A stretch of 61,718 nucleotides of DNA, filler included, from Choristocarpus tenellus KU-1152 (taxonomy: Eukaryota > Protista > Phaeophyceae): NCBI GenBank assembly GCA_964200185.2. It is 10 parts of 10 records of this genome, joined end to end, with 100 filler letters (N's around TTAATTAATTAA, not from the genome) between each part and the next. Parts side by side here need not be neighbours in the genome. Positions count along the whole stretch, not along the records: positions 20,639 to 28,956 come from CAXNAD020004862.1; positions 29,057 to 43,353 come from CAXNAD020001233.1; 8 more parts are not named here. The stretch is one strand, 5' to 3'. Made by a program: the position numbers and the translations under genes. Below the pieces are notes generated by a model. The model did no database searches and was not told where the DNA came from. It saw only the letters and a program-made list of their open reading frames with translations. This document shows, piece after piece, positions 26,831 to 39,400 of the stretch; within the stretch, counting starts at the first letter, position 1; every line of letters begins with the position of its first letter.

Positions 26831-27718
26831 TATGTTCTATGGTAAATTTCGCGTTTTTCATGTAAGAACGATGAAATACAAGTAATTCACCAACTACCAA
26901 TAACCCCTTAGTATCGACCTTCAAAACAGGTGACAATTAGTTGCACGCCCAGTACAATATAATGGAAGTATACGAGTTTATGGCAAACTTCTGCACCCTC
27001 CACCCTTCCTTCTGGGGAGTTGACCAATGTTAAACATCTCTTTGCACAGCCTGTGTGCGCTTTGATTTTGTGTCTGGGGAGGGCAGATTATAGGGTTTGA
27101 AAGGTCCCATCAACCCCATTTTTCACGAGGAATCCAATAGTCACCATCCCACGAACTCATTCCTCCTGCAAAAGAATAACAGTATTTCAAATTGAGAAGC
27201 TTGCCGCGGATAACACCCATACATGTATGATGTGTGAGAAATTTCCTACTTGTTCTAAATGGTTTTAAGGTAGGGATAATCTCATCACCTGCCCCCATCC
27301 CTGCAACGGGTTATCTCAATCTTCGTAGTTTCCAAATTAGCCCATTGACCTGGGCCCCCTTTCACTCCACCTTTATTGTCCCTCTGTACGGTGCTGGAAA
27401 GTGACCAGTCATCATTATGTGCTACTCTGTATTTCTGGCAAAAGGAATAAGTGGTGATAGGGTGGGATAGTTGCTAAAAAAACGACATCCACCTGGTCTA
27501 CTCGCAGCAGCGAATGAGTGTGTGGGAGTTGGTCCCATAGTGCCGATATTATGAGCATCGCATGCACCATTAAGGGGGTTACCGCGCCTATCTTGCCCAT
27601 CCCATGTCTGCAAAGTGTCATCATCATCCGAAAGGGTTAAGATATTCTTGGAAGGAGTGCATAGCTACTGAAAACAATACTGTCGGCTGCACAGTAGTGA
27701 AGTCCACAAGAGATAAGC

Positions 27719-27976
27719 GAGCCAAAGTATCTTAGAGGGTGGGGCCGCGTCTATTTGGGGGCAAAATTACAATGTTGTGATTTTGATGTAATTTTGGCTA
27801 CCGTGTTTGTTAGGAAGTGTCAGCATCCTTGTTCCAGGCACACATTTTTATAGTGTATACATTTGACCTACTCCGAAACAGTTTGGAGTGGAAAAATGTC
27901 ATAAAGAAAACACGGGAAGTCAAGCCTCAAATAGACAAACATGGCAAAACTCGTACCCTCCGAGATACTTCCACTC
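27719..27976. mobile_element. MITE family A, TSD AAGC/AGGC
   Basis: GAGCCAAAGTATCTTAGAGGGT ... TACCCTCCGAGATACTTCCACTC. Confidence 0.88.
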
Positions 27977-28937
27977 AGGCAAGTGAGAAGTCTGAAAGCA
28001 AGTCCCACGACATTGCTACTTTGCACAATCCTGCCATAATGAAGGGTGGGATCAGTAAATTTGTACAAGGCAGCAACTGGCGGTGATAACTTGAGGTTGG
28101 GTGAGTGGAAGTTGTCATCATGGATTGATTGATCAATGCACACACATTAGTTTGATGCATGATGGAAGGTTGCTGGAGAACATTTGTAGATGATGTTATC
28201 AAGGGGGTCAAAGATCAGACAAGATCAGAGCAGAAAGAAATGCATGTCTGGCAAACAAAGAGAATTTCAAAATGCAACAATAAAACATAGAAATTAGGAG
28301 AGGAGACGAAAGATTATGCAAACAACCCAAACCGAAGAAAATCTTATGACTTAATCACAGGAAGTATAAAAAACCCAACTGCTAGGTGCACCAAGAAATT
28401 GGATTACAGTATATGCACCAGCACCAGTACCATAGTCCACTGCAGTTATTTGAGCTCTGGAGTATGACTATCCAAGCAAGAACACTGCTCAAAACGTCTT
28501 GGTTCAAGTGTGGAGGATAGCAGTGAGGGACTTGTAACTGTTGCACTTAATCAACGCAAGTTAATACCAAACCTAGCCTACACTAGTGTGCTTCCAGGTA
28601 CACACAACCGATGGCTAAGGCTGAGAAATCTCCATCCACTGAAATGTTGATAGTAGCCAAAGCCAAAATGGGAAGAGTGCTGGCTGGAGAAAGGAGCCGC
28701 CTCTCCATCAAACCAACCCTACCTAAGCAAAATGAGGCGCTTGATCCAAACAGAAACAAACTCGGGCAACCCATGTCTCCAATCCGAAATCGTTTTTTCC
28801 TTGTGGAATAATTTGTAGAACTGAGTACTGTACTGATCACCCTGGGTTGATGCTGCTGTAGAGTTGGGGGGGGGAGGAGGGAACCACTGCAACCGTATTG
28901 AAAAAAGATGCTGAATACAGTTACACATATATACATG

Positions 28938-29256
28938 GGGTCAAAGTATCTGGGGGNNNNNNNNNNNNNNNNNNNNNNNNNNNNNNNNNNNNNNNNNNNN
29001 TTAATTAATTAANNNNNNNNNNNNNNNNNNNNNNNNNNNNNNNNNNNNNNNNNNNNGCAACCAAATCACCCAAAAATCACGACATGAAAAAATTGACCCC
29101 AAATGGACAGCCACCGCCCCCCCCAGATACTTTGAGCCATTTTACCTACTACGAAACATTTTGGGGTAGGAAAATGTCATAAAAAGACGCCATGGGAAGT
29201 CAAGCCCCAAACGGACAAACAGGGCAAAACTCGTACCCTCTAACATGCTCTCACTC
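28938..29256. mobile_element. MITE B ends around a gap, abutting the right half of a MITE A
   Basis: B terminus 28938-28956, gap, B end 29056-29138 (CCCCAGATACTTTGAGCC), then directly the family A internal sequence and right TIR (29139-29256). Confidence 0.75.
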
Positions 29257-29890
29257 AGCAATTAATACCATTGTTGAATTTCCTCTTCCCACGCACAGGT
29301 CCTGTGAATTGTCCATCTCATCAGACCACACCAAATATACGCGAAACAATCCTTGGTTGTGTGCAGGACATGGAAAATCAAGGGATAATACAACTCCCCT
29401 CAAATCCTTGACATCACCAGTAACTATAGGGTTAGGGTTAGTTGCAATACTTGATGGATCTCCTCGGTTTTCTGTAAGACTTCAGGCTCTCATTGATTAG
29501 GAATTTGGTAGACCATTCGTAGGCATTACCATCTTTGGAGGGTTTCTTTTTGGCGCACTCGGAGGAGAAAAGATCTCTCATCTCTCTATGTTCTGTCAGT
29601 CTACTTACAACTACAGATCACCAACACCTAGGAATGCCAAAAAGACTGGTTTTGTCACAGCGGATGGAACCCTAACCCTAACCTCAAACGCTTACCATTT
29701 GGTGTTGCTAACACTCCTTGACAATCCTTTCCTGACAAGAACAGGAGATGTGACCTGTTGCTGTCAGGGAGGAAAGGCAATGGCCCAAGGGAATGATTCA
29801 TTCCTAAAATGGAAACGACTGATCTAATTCCCACAAACTCTCTGCCTCTATATATTATTTTTATTACTAACACTATTATTGTTGTTATCA

Positions 29891-30191
29891 TGTGAAACAG
29901 ATGGGAACAAAACAACAGATTCTTCAGACTGAAGGGAAGTGGGAAGACCCACAGGAGGCAAGAAAAGGAAGAGAGACAAGACAAGCGGGAAAGCAACTCC
30001 TCAGAAGATCACTCAGAAAAGAGTGAACAAGTGGAAAGTGAATGAGGGGGGGTTGCAAGGTCCCCTCTAACCACCCACTATTTACTTCAAGCACATGATA
30101 CCTTCATGCAAAAACACATTTCATATGAATATCAGATTCTTCAAGATAGGATACCTTAAAGGTATACCTTCTTTGGAAGATGAGTCTCACA
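29891..30191 (-). mobile_element. LTR (3' LTR, preceded by a polypurine tract)
   Basis: TGTGA...TCACA termini; homologous along its length to 44331-44661; on the minus strand immediately preceded by the purine run GGGGGGGGAGGGTGA (30192-30206). Confidence 0.75.
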
Positions 30192-30659
30192 TCACCCTCC
30201 CCCCCCTATATAGTTTGATACATGCATCAAAACAACACAGGTGTCAATGGAAAATTGAGGAAGTATGTGTTACAGAGAAACTGACATGAGCATTGAAGGG
30301 AAAATAATAGTCTCTCTAAGAAGGAAACAATGTCTTTCAAGACAGTTGGGTAGGCAATAGTATCTCTATATTGGTAAGTATGCCAAGCAAAAAATACTTT
30401 TTTCGTGAGGCCTCACAACTTAGCACTTGTAACTAAGATTGAGTTGGTGGCAACCAAATCGGTGCCGCTTCACCTTGAGCAGAGGTGAGATAATAAAACA
30501 TATCTGGACATATGGAAATATCACGATTTCGTTGTATCACACACGATCTCGTCTGGCCAAGTCTTCAACGTGAAAGGGGCATGAGTAAGGACTACCTAGT
30601 CTTACTATGGAATTCTGTTTAACTCTATCGAGGAGATGCAAACGCAAAAACATGGACCA

Positions 30660-30917
30660 GAGTCAAAGTATCTTAGAGGGTAGAGCCGCGTCCATTTGGG
30701 GTTCAAAATCCAATGTTGCAATTTTGATGTAATTTTGGTTATCATGTTTGTTAGGAGATGTCAATGTCCTTGTTCCGGACACACCTTTTCATAACGTATT
30801 CATTTTACCTACTCCAAAACATTTTGGAGTGGGTAAATGTCATAAAAAACCCGTGGGAAGCCAAGTCCCAAATGGACAAACAGGGAAAAACTCGTACCCT
30901 CTAAGATACTTTCACTC
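30660..30917. mobile_element. MITE family A, TSD ACCA, inserted in the left arm of the inverted repeat
   Basis: GAGTCAAAGTATCTTAGAGGGTA ... TACCCTCTAAGATACTTTCACTC with ACCA on both sides; the right arm has the empty site. Confidence 0.95.
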
Positions 30918-32084
30918 ACCATCATCTCCAATGAGGAGGGAAAGAACATGGAAGACTCGCAATAGGAGCGCAGAAATCGTGATCAAATTATGGCTGTTTA
31001 GGTGTAACAACATGCATTATATACTTGCGTACATTTTATTCAACACTGTATCACATGGATGTTCTAATCAATCAGTAATCAAATAGTTGAAAAAATAATT
31101 CAATTATAAACTGTGGAAAAACACCACAATTGAGTTGTTCATAAACCAACATTGAAATAACTGTTCAACAAAACAGTTGTCCTCCTCCTAAAACAAAAAT
31201 GAAACAAAATTAAAACAAATGTTAAACAAGTGTGCAAGAGTTATTTGGATCACTAACCCTATCCCTAACCCTAAGGGACCCAACCATCTGGCATTTTTTT
31301 GGACGGGGGGAAATAGGGGAAACCTGGGGCAAAAGTCTCCCCCCTGATCAAGGAGAGGGTAGTTCGTCGCTGGGCCTTTCTGGGGTGGCACTGGCAGGAC
31401 TGGAAGTGGGACCCCCGGAATCAGACCCCACCACTTTAGCCTCAGTCGCCGCTGGAGATTCGCCTTCGCCACGCCCCCTCCCAACAAGGTCGATGGTACT
31501 CCCAGTAATCCTCGCTTTCTGGCCTGTTCCTCCCACAACAGGTCACATAGCTTCTGCAGGCAGTCTATCTCTTGCTCCCTAGACCACAAGTTTCCTCTGG
31601 GAACAAGACTGGGGGAAGCAAGAAAAGTGTTGGATGCGCGTATGTTAAGATACTCGCCATCGAGCGTTGCGATTGTGACTATGGATTTCAGGTGTGTAAC
31701 CAACGAAAGTGAAATGAAATGCAGCAGGAGGTCAGGTAACATCTAATGTCATACTAACGTCAGCCAGAGGGAGATGTACAAGTTGGTGACAATCTTATGC
31801 GCCTTACTGTGCTTCTGCATTCCTTCACGGACCTCGCCGCAAAGGCGATGGGAACCGCTCGGTAAGACTTCGAATGAGCAGCCGTCATCTATGAATCGCG
31901 TGTTTTCTTCAGTCTCCTCAGTACCCATGACACCACAGCATTCAGCTCGAAGCCTAAGCCCGTGACCACATCCTCATAAGCCATAATACAGTCAGCCAAG
32001 AATCTTGTATCAGTGGAAGTCTTTATGTACAACACAAGACCTCGGTATTGTCGAAATTAAATCTATCCGATAACTTTCTTCAAT

Positions 32085-32190
32085 CACATTTCCCCGTCCT
32101 CTTTTTCCCGTCCTCCTTTTCCCGTCCTCTTTTTCCCGTTCTCTTTTTCCCGTTCTCTTTTTCCCGTTCAGATTTTCCCGTTCAGATTTA
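32085..32190. repeat. ~13-14 bp tandem repeat (TTTTTCCCGTYCTC)n
   Basis: About 7 units visible directly. Confidence 0.85.
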
Positions 32191-33477
32191 CGTCGAAAAG
32201 AAAAACCGAAAAGAGAAAAACCAAGCGGCAAACAATACGTGCGTGCAGGAGATGCCCCTTTAGAAGATCGATGTGATATACTCTTGAATTTAATATATCC
32301 AAGAATATAACGAATGAATGCTGTTGCACGTAAACAGCCATAATTTGATCACGATTTCTACGCTCCTACTCCCATGTTCTTAGGGTTAGCTCTTACTTCC
32401 ATGTTCTTCTCCTCCTCATTGGAGGTGATGATCCATGTTTTTGCGTCTGCATCTCCTCGGAGTAAAATAATTTCATCCTAAGACTAGGTAGTCCTTACCC
32501 ATGCCCCTTTTCATGTCGAAAACTTGACCAGACAGACGTGATCATATCTGATACATCGAAATTGTGATCTTTCCACATGCCCAGGTATGTTTTATTATCT
32601 CGCCCCTGGTCAAGGTGAAGTGGCACTGATTTCGTGATCTTTCCATATGTCCAGACATATTTTATTATCTCACCCCTGGTCAAGGTGAAGCGGCACTGAT
32701 TTGGTCGAGACATAAAATCAATCTTAGTTACAAGTGCTAAGTTGAGAGGCCTCACGAAAAACTCACTCTTTTTCCTTTACATCCTTACAAATATGGAGAT
32801 ACTTTTTGTCCACGCAACTGTTTTGCGATAATACATCGTTTCCCTGTTGAGACTATTCTTTTCGAATATATTTTGAATCGAAATCTATTCCATATCCATA
32901 CTTCTTTGTGATTGATTGTCACATTTATGATATTATATTTCTTTAGGGCTATAATCACATACGTATATGTATGTTTTCATTGGTTTTCCCCCTGACACAT
33001 CCGCAAAATGTCATAGGGTATAAGAATAATATATAACTTTTTACGATGATGATATCACCCTGAAGAAAGGTTTCAAGATTCAATACAAAACCCTAAGAAA
33101 ATTAATGGTTCAGAGATGTTTTGAGATCTTGTAAGGCCTCCTTGAACCGAACTCTAAACAGCTTCACTGGTTGGATTAGGCCTCGTTACAAACGTTCTCA
33201 TCATTACTTGATTCGAAAAAGGTGAAAGATAATCTCCTTTTCTAACGTTTCGTGTCCAACACACTCCTAAGGCCTAACCCTAATCCACATGTTCACCCTT
33301 CGACAATCTCACACATGTAACACTGCACCAAAAATCCCTACATAACAACGCACCTGGACTAGTAACGAGGAAACTTAAACGCACGTCCCACTAGCTTAGC
33401 AACCGGCACAAGCTGGAATCAAGAGTACCTTCACTAGCAGGTTTCTGGGTCACACTCCTAAATCGGGAAAAAGGATC

Positions 33478-36400
33478 ATGTGCCGTCCAAGTATCACTTC
33501 GTCCACACCCTTTCCATGGAAGCCAATGCTGGTCATTTCCTGGGCCTTGCTTTCTCATTCCTTCGCGCTATCAAGTTTATTTCCTTACGTGGGATACATG
33601 GTACAGGACATTGGCATCGCAAGGAGTAAAGATGAAGCCGGTGATTGTGCCAGAACTATTTGTATTTTGTATGTTGAAATCCCTAAACTGCAACCTTTCT
33701 CACTCCAACATTACCACCCCAACCATTCTTCAAACCCCTAGGCCCTACGTTGTTATCTTCTTCGCCTCTTTTCGTTCCAAACGATGCAGCCCCCTGCCTC
33801 TTCCTTTTAACAAGAGAAACTCTAGGTTGTCCTTGTACTCTTGTCTTAAGGTTATTGGTGATCAACGTGCAATGCTGCCTATCTGTGTAACATGTGTGAT
33901 CTGGCAGGCTTCTACGCTGGATATGTCGCGAGTGCCTTCATGTTGGGGCGTTTCTTATTCTCGTACTTCTGGGGCCGATTCTCGGATATGCATGGGCGTA
34001 AGCCTGGTCTATGCATAGGTCTGCTTGCTATTGCCGTATTCTCCCTTGGATTTGGAGTCTCTCAGACTTTCTCCTGGGCCATAGCATGCAGGTGAGAGTG
34101 AGTGCATTCCTAGATTTAAGCTATTGAACATCATTTACCTGCCCACTGCTGTTTTCAGGCGGTGCTTATGTTGTGTGCGATGACTCAGTCAGTAACAGGG
34201 TGCAAATCTGACCTATGAAATTGGAATATAACGTTGCTGATGAGGAAAAACATGGTGGCCGAGGTTGATCGGTAGGCCGATGAGGTATTCGTGGACGAGC
34301 ATGTTTGTACTCCTTGCAACATCTCATCACCCCCTCTTTGACGCGCTTTCCAATTTATGTGCAGGTTTTTGCTAGGGGCGATGAATGGCATTGTGGGCAT
34401 CAGCAAAACAATGATATCTGAAATATGCGGCAGAGAGCACGAAGTGGAGGGAATGGGCTTCATAACGAGTGAGAATGGTATTATTGGTTTGCACAAATAT
34501 AGTACGTCGACCTACCTCAGCGTCTGTGGATGAATATCCTCGAGTAAAAAGTCGAGGAGGGAGGTGGTTGGAGGACTTCGTAACCCCTCGTCTTCTGGTG
34601 TAGTGTAGTGTGTTCGTTGTGTGTAATTGTATGTTCTACTGTTTATTGATCCAAATCGATGGGTGAGACTTCATTTTTTTAATACCTCTTTCATTTCCTA
34701 TTAAACCTATGAAATGGGTATTGCGCTCTGCACGCTGCAGCCTCTTGGTCTATTGGGATGGTCATCGGTCCAGGGCTTGGAGGGCTTCTGGCACGGCCTG
34801 CTGTGAACATGCCATCCCTGTTCTCCAATACAGGATTGTTTGCCAGGTGATAGTGCTTTGGAACATTGATAATCATCAAACTTCCAGCAACGTCTGTACG
34901 TGTAGGCGGCCACTGTACAATCACCCAGAGCCCCCTAGTGCATGAGATCATGCTAGTTCTGAATAGAGTACATTCTTCAGATGTTGCGGTCTGACCTACT
35001 GACTTGTGTAGTATCAACATTAATTCGTTAATTAGGGTTAATTAAGGTTTTCTATCTGGAGCCACTCGCATTTCCTCTTTTGAATTTTGATGTCTTTGTA
35101 TATGGTTTCGAGTTTGCAGTGCTCTATTTTATTCATCTAACCCATCTCCAAGAATGATGGCGATTTTGGATAATATTGTGCATTCATGATACATGTAGGT
35201 TTAAGGTATGATTAACCTGCTCAGCTTCAGGAAAAGCTTGCTGCTAAGACTACACTAATTCCTACTCTTGAGTTGTTAAGTCTTGTTGGTGCCTGTGTGC
35301 GTCTGTGCTTCACCCCCTAACAGTGCTGCTTTCTTGCAATATTGAGGTACAGATGAGTTGTAGTGTTTAATCCGGTTAATCAGAAATTGAAATGCTTCCA
35401 ATGTATGGGTGGTAAGTTTTCAAGTTCCCCCCTCTCCTCCGTGTTCAGGTACCCGTACCTCCTTGCCAACGTGGTTAGCGCTGGTATGGGATTGGTGGGA
35501 TTGCCCCTCATTTACTTTGTCTTGCCAGAGACATATTTCCCAGATTCTTCAAGTATCAGGTAAGAATAATTACCCCTTGCAATTTGTGCTCAACAATTTG
35601 GTGCTACCATGATCCTGATCTTAACCCTAACCCTAGAGGGAAAAAGTCCCGTAATCTTCTTAGGGTTAGGGTTAGAACAATATTATTTCTTTTTAAACAG
35701 CAACCTGCCTATGCGTCATCAATCTTAAAGCAATGCATGACTTGTTGATTATCCTTGAGTTGTATAACGTTAGCCCTTCAGACTTTAATGCATCTATTGT
35801 CAGAGGTAGTAGTTGTATTGAAATAACCTGCTTCCTTGTATGTCACTACCATGTCCCTCTACTGAACTTTTACCCCTTACTTTAATTCTGTTATGATGGC
35901 GCTCGTATTTCCCTAACCCTAACTTGAATACCCACAGTAACAGTGTGAAACAGCTGCCTACATCAAATAAGAGTGAGGGTGCTCATGTGGAGGACAAAAA
36001 TTCAAGTATTAAGGTAGATACTCTTTCACTTGATAAAGAAATCAGGAATGAGAGTCTGGTGGGAGATGAGAGGAAAAATCTCTTGCCTAAATACAAAAGT
36101 GTTGATCGTGAGCGTTGCCCATTGAGCGAAACAGTGGATTACGGTTCCTCCAATGGAAGATCAGAGGGGAAGGAGGGAGAGGGCTACAGAGCTGGTAGTG
36201 TGGCGATGTCGGAGAAGAGACCATGGAAATGGGGATCACTTGGTTGCAAGAGGAATTCTACTTCTTCCTTGACTGGCGGAATTTTGAGTAGCCCAGTGAC
36301 ACGCTGGGTGATCGGAATATATGGATTACTTGGGGTGAGAGTTACACAGTATAACTGGAATGGGAAATATGTTGGGTCACCGTCTGCCACCTCTCCTACT

Positions 36401-39400
36401 TGACAATCTGCCTGAATCAGTATTTGAAGTGTTGTCTCCTTTGCAGTTGGAAACTTGTATTCTTAAAACTCAGGGTTAGGGTTAGGGTTAGAACCGGTGA
36501 TAAATTGATTCAATCTGTGGGACCCCTTTGCAGCACAGCTTTAACACATGTGCTGAACATACTGAGTGTTAATCTCTGGTGACAAAGATAGATCATGACT
36601 GTTTTTTACTGTTCACTGTGATCAATGTTTAAAAAATAAATAAAAAGAAAAAGAAAAAAGTTACCAACGGTGACATGTTGCCTCTTCCTTTCATGGAATT
36701 TGGATGGGAAGAGTAAATCTCCAAGGAGAGGGGTTTAAATTTGAGGTGGAGTTGATTACAGATTATCTCCATGTGATTCAATTCCTAGTTGTTGGAGAAA
36801 TGCAGTGCTGGGTGTCTGGAGTCTAGATCGAATCAGATAAATGACTGAATGTATGAAATTGGGGTACCTTGACCTGAGTGTAGACTCTGTAGACTACCTT
36901 TACTCAAAGGATAAGAATTCTACTTAGGAATTGCATTGTAGCAGCAAATTTCAAGAAATGAAACGATACGAGATTTGTGTCGGCTCCCTTGCCCATCTGC
37001 ACTGTCCACAGGCTAAAGCTGCCCAGTTTTTTGGAATGATCGTCCCTGTTTGATGTGGTGAATGATTGTGACTGGCATGGCCATAGATGCTCTGTACCAT
37101 GTTTTTGCTCCATGTGAGTCATGTCGAGATTGAGAAGTGCGTAGTGTATGTGAATTTAAAGCTCACTCTGTTAGAAAATGTAGCTTGTGTCCCACATGTT
37201 AAGTAAATCCAGTCTACATTTTCCCTTCAACTTCTGCTATCCCATCCACTGTTCTACTATTGTTGCCGTTTTTCCCTTCAATGTACTATTCTACTTCACA
37301 TCACGATCTGCGAGTGCACATGTCCCTTCAATGCAGTACCTCTTGTTTGTCTACATCCTGTGTTGTACCTCTGTGCTTTGGGTTTGCCTTCTGTGTTAAT
37401 GTGAAATTGTAGCTCTTGGCGTGTGGCTTTGATGAGTTTTTTCCACTCTGGGCCCTGAGCTCCACCCACCTGGGGGGGTTGGACTGGACTACTGTTGAAA
37501 TTGGACAGGTGAGATGTATAGGGAGGGAGGTATACTACAGGTTTAGCAGCTTGAGTTAGTGGGTACTGGATACCTTTTCTAGCATGTGGAACATGCTTGG
37601 AGTGTGGGTTAGGGTTAGGGTTAAACATGCTTGGAGCGTGTAGGAATGTGTGTGCCCTAACCCTAACTCCTCCTGGGGATCCAAGAGTTTTTATTCTAGG
37701 AGACTCAGATCATTAAGTGATTTTTTGGGGTTAAACCTAACCCTAATCTTGTCATTGTGTCCTTTTTTGGGATGGGAGTGAGATGGGATGGTGGGTGGTG
37801 CTAGTGTCAGGGTATTAACGTGTAGTAAAGCAATGATCATAACCCTAACCCTAAGATAAATTCAATGCACATTTTTTTCCGGCATGATACAGTACTTCCT
37901 GAACATGCTGTGAACCTTTCATATGAAGCAATTCACTATTAAGTTGATCTGCTCTATTTGCTGCTCAACAACCCTCAACTGTCACCTCAAATATATATTA
38001 ATAAATATAAATATATTTGTAATGTGCAGAGTCGGTAATATGGCTGAAGAATAATAATAATATGACTGAACTAAAAGCATTGGTAAGATTTGTCTTCCAT
38101 AGACCATCGGACCTAAGCCTTTTGTTGATGCATCAACTGTCATCAGAAAAGCAATACCTTATAACCCTAACCCTAACCCCAACTCCTATTCGTCTTTAAT
38201 GGGGAATTGAATGTGTGGCACTACCCCTCCTCTAGAGTGGTCAATGCTCCACCTTTTTTTTAATATCGTAGGCTCTAGTTCAACACCCATCTAGTTTCTT
38301 TTTTATTTCTGGATGCTTGCGATATTTCAGAGTGTATGGCAAGAGCTATTTATCACCCCTAACCCTAATGATTTGACTGAAGTCCTGCAGTTTATTTAGG
38401 GTTAGGGTAGTTTTGGTTCTGTCACAAGGGGGGGTTATACCCACCTTTTTTCAGCTAACCCTAACCCTAACTAATTCAGATACTCATGAAATAGGGTAAC
38501 CCTAACCCTAAGCATTGAATACGTTGTTTTCGGTTCAATATCTAGTATGTGTTAGGATACTTATGAAATAGGCTAACCCTAACCCTAACCCTGAGCATTA
38601 AATACGTTGTTTTTGGTTCAATATCTAGTATGTCTAGTATGTGTTCAAATTTATACTAATGTTGTGATGTAGAGGAGAAAAATGATACGTTACATAGATA
38701 TTTCATTTCTTGACTTTCATTGTAATTCTTGCTTGAAGATGTATGCGGTCAGTCAAGACACATGTATGGTAGATGATTACTGACACAAGGGAAACATGAG
38801 GTGGAGGTATGAAGCTTGACTCTGGAGGTACCATCCTGGATGGTGGTAGGGTTAAGGGTAGTGATGTTTTGACTTGCATAGTGCTGTCCTGGAGACGTTG
38901 GAGAAGTCACGTTGTGTTGCTTTCTGGCCTGAAAGATGGAATAGGGTTAGGGTTAGATGGAATACATACATACAGGGCAGTCACTGTATGTGATTTAGTA
39001 GGCTTTTGGTTTCAAATCTGAGTTGAGGATTCACCTTCTGGAGTACTTGTTCCCCTCCCCCACTTGTTTATTGCCGTTCCTCCCAGGTACTATCCTTCTG
39101 TGGCATTGGTATGATCGTGTTCCAAGTGTTGATCTACCCTCAACTGATGAAGTTGTTAGGTGTGGTACAAGCTCAGTGCCTAGCATTGGCTATTGTGGCT
39201 CCAATAATCTCATTATTGCCTACCCTGAATTATCTACAAGGAACAGGACTCTGGCAGACTGTTGCTGCTGTGGCATTGATATCATCTATTAAAGCCAGTC
39301 TCAACATTGTGAGTCATTGTACTCTCCCTATGCCCTTCCACCCTCCACAGTGCTGCCTGTATCCCCTTCGCTCTCTGTCCATGCTCTTTCTGTGGGAATC

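Larger units (their letters stand above)
30301..32863. repeat. Long inverted repeat, arms ~30301-31020 and ~32312-32863, spacer ~1.3 kb
   Basis: For example TTCGTGAGGCCTCACAACTTAGCACTTGTAACTAAGATTGA (~30402) vs TCAATCTTAGTTACAAGTGCTAAGTTGAGAGGCCTCACGAA (~32718); AAGGACTACCTAGTCTTA vs TAAGACTAGGTAGTCCTT. Confidence 0.85.
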
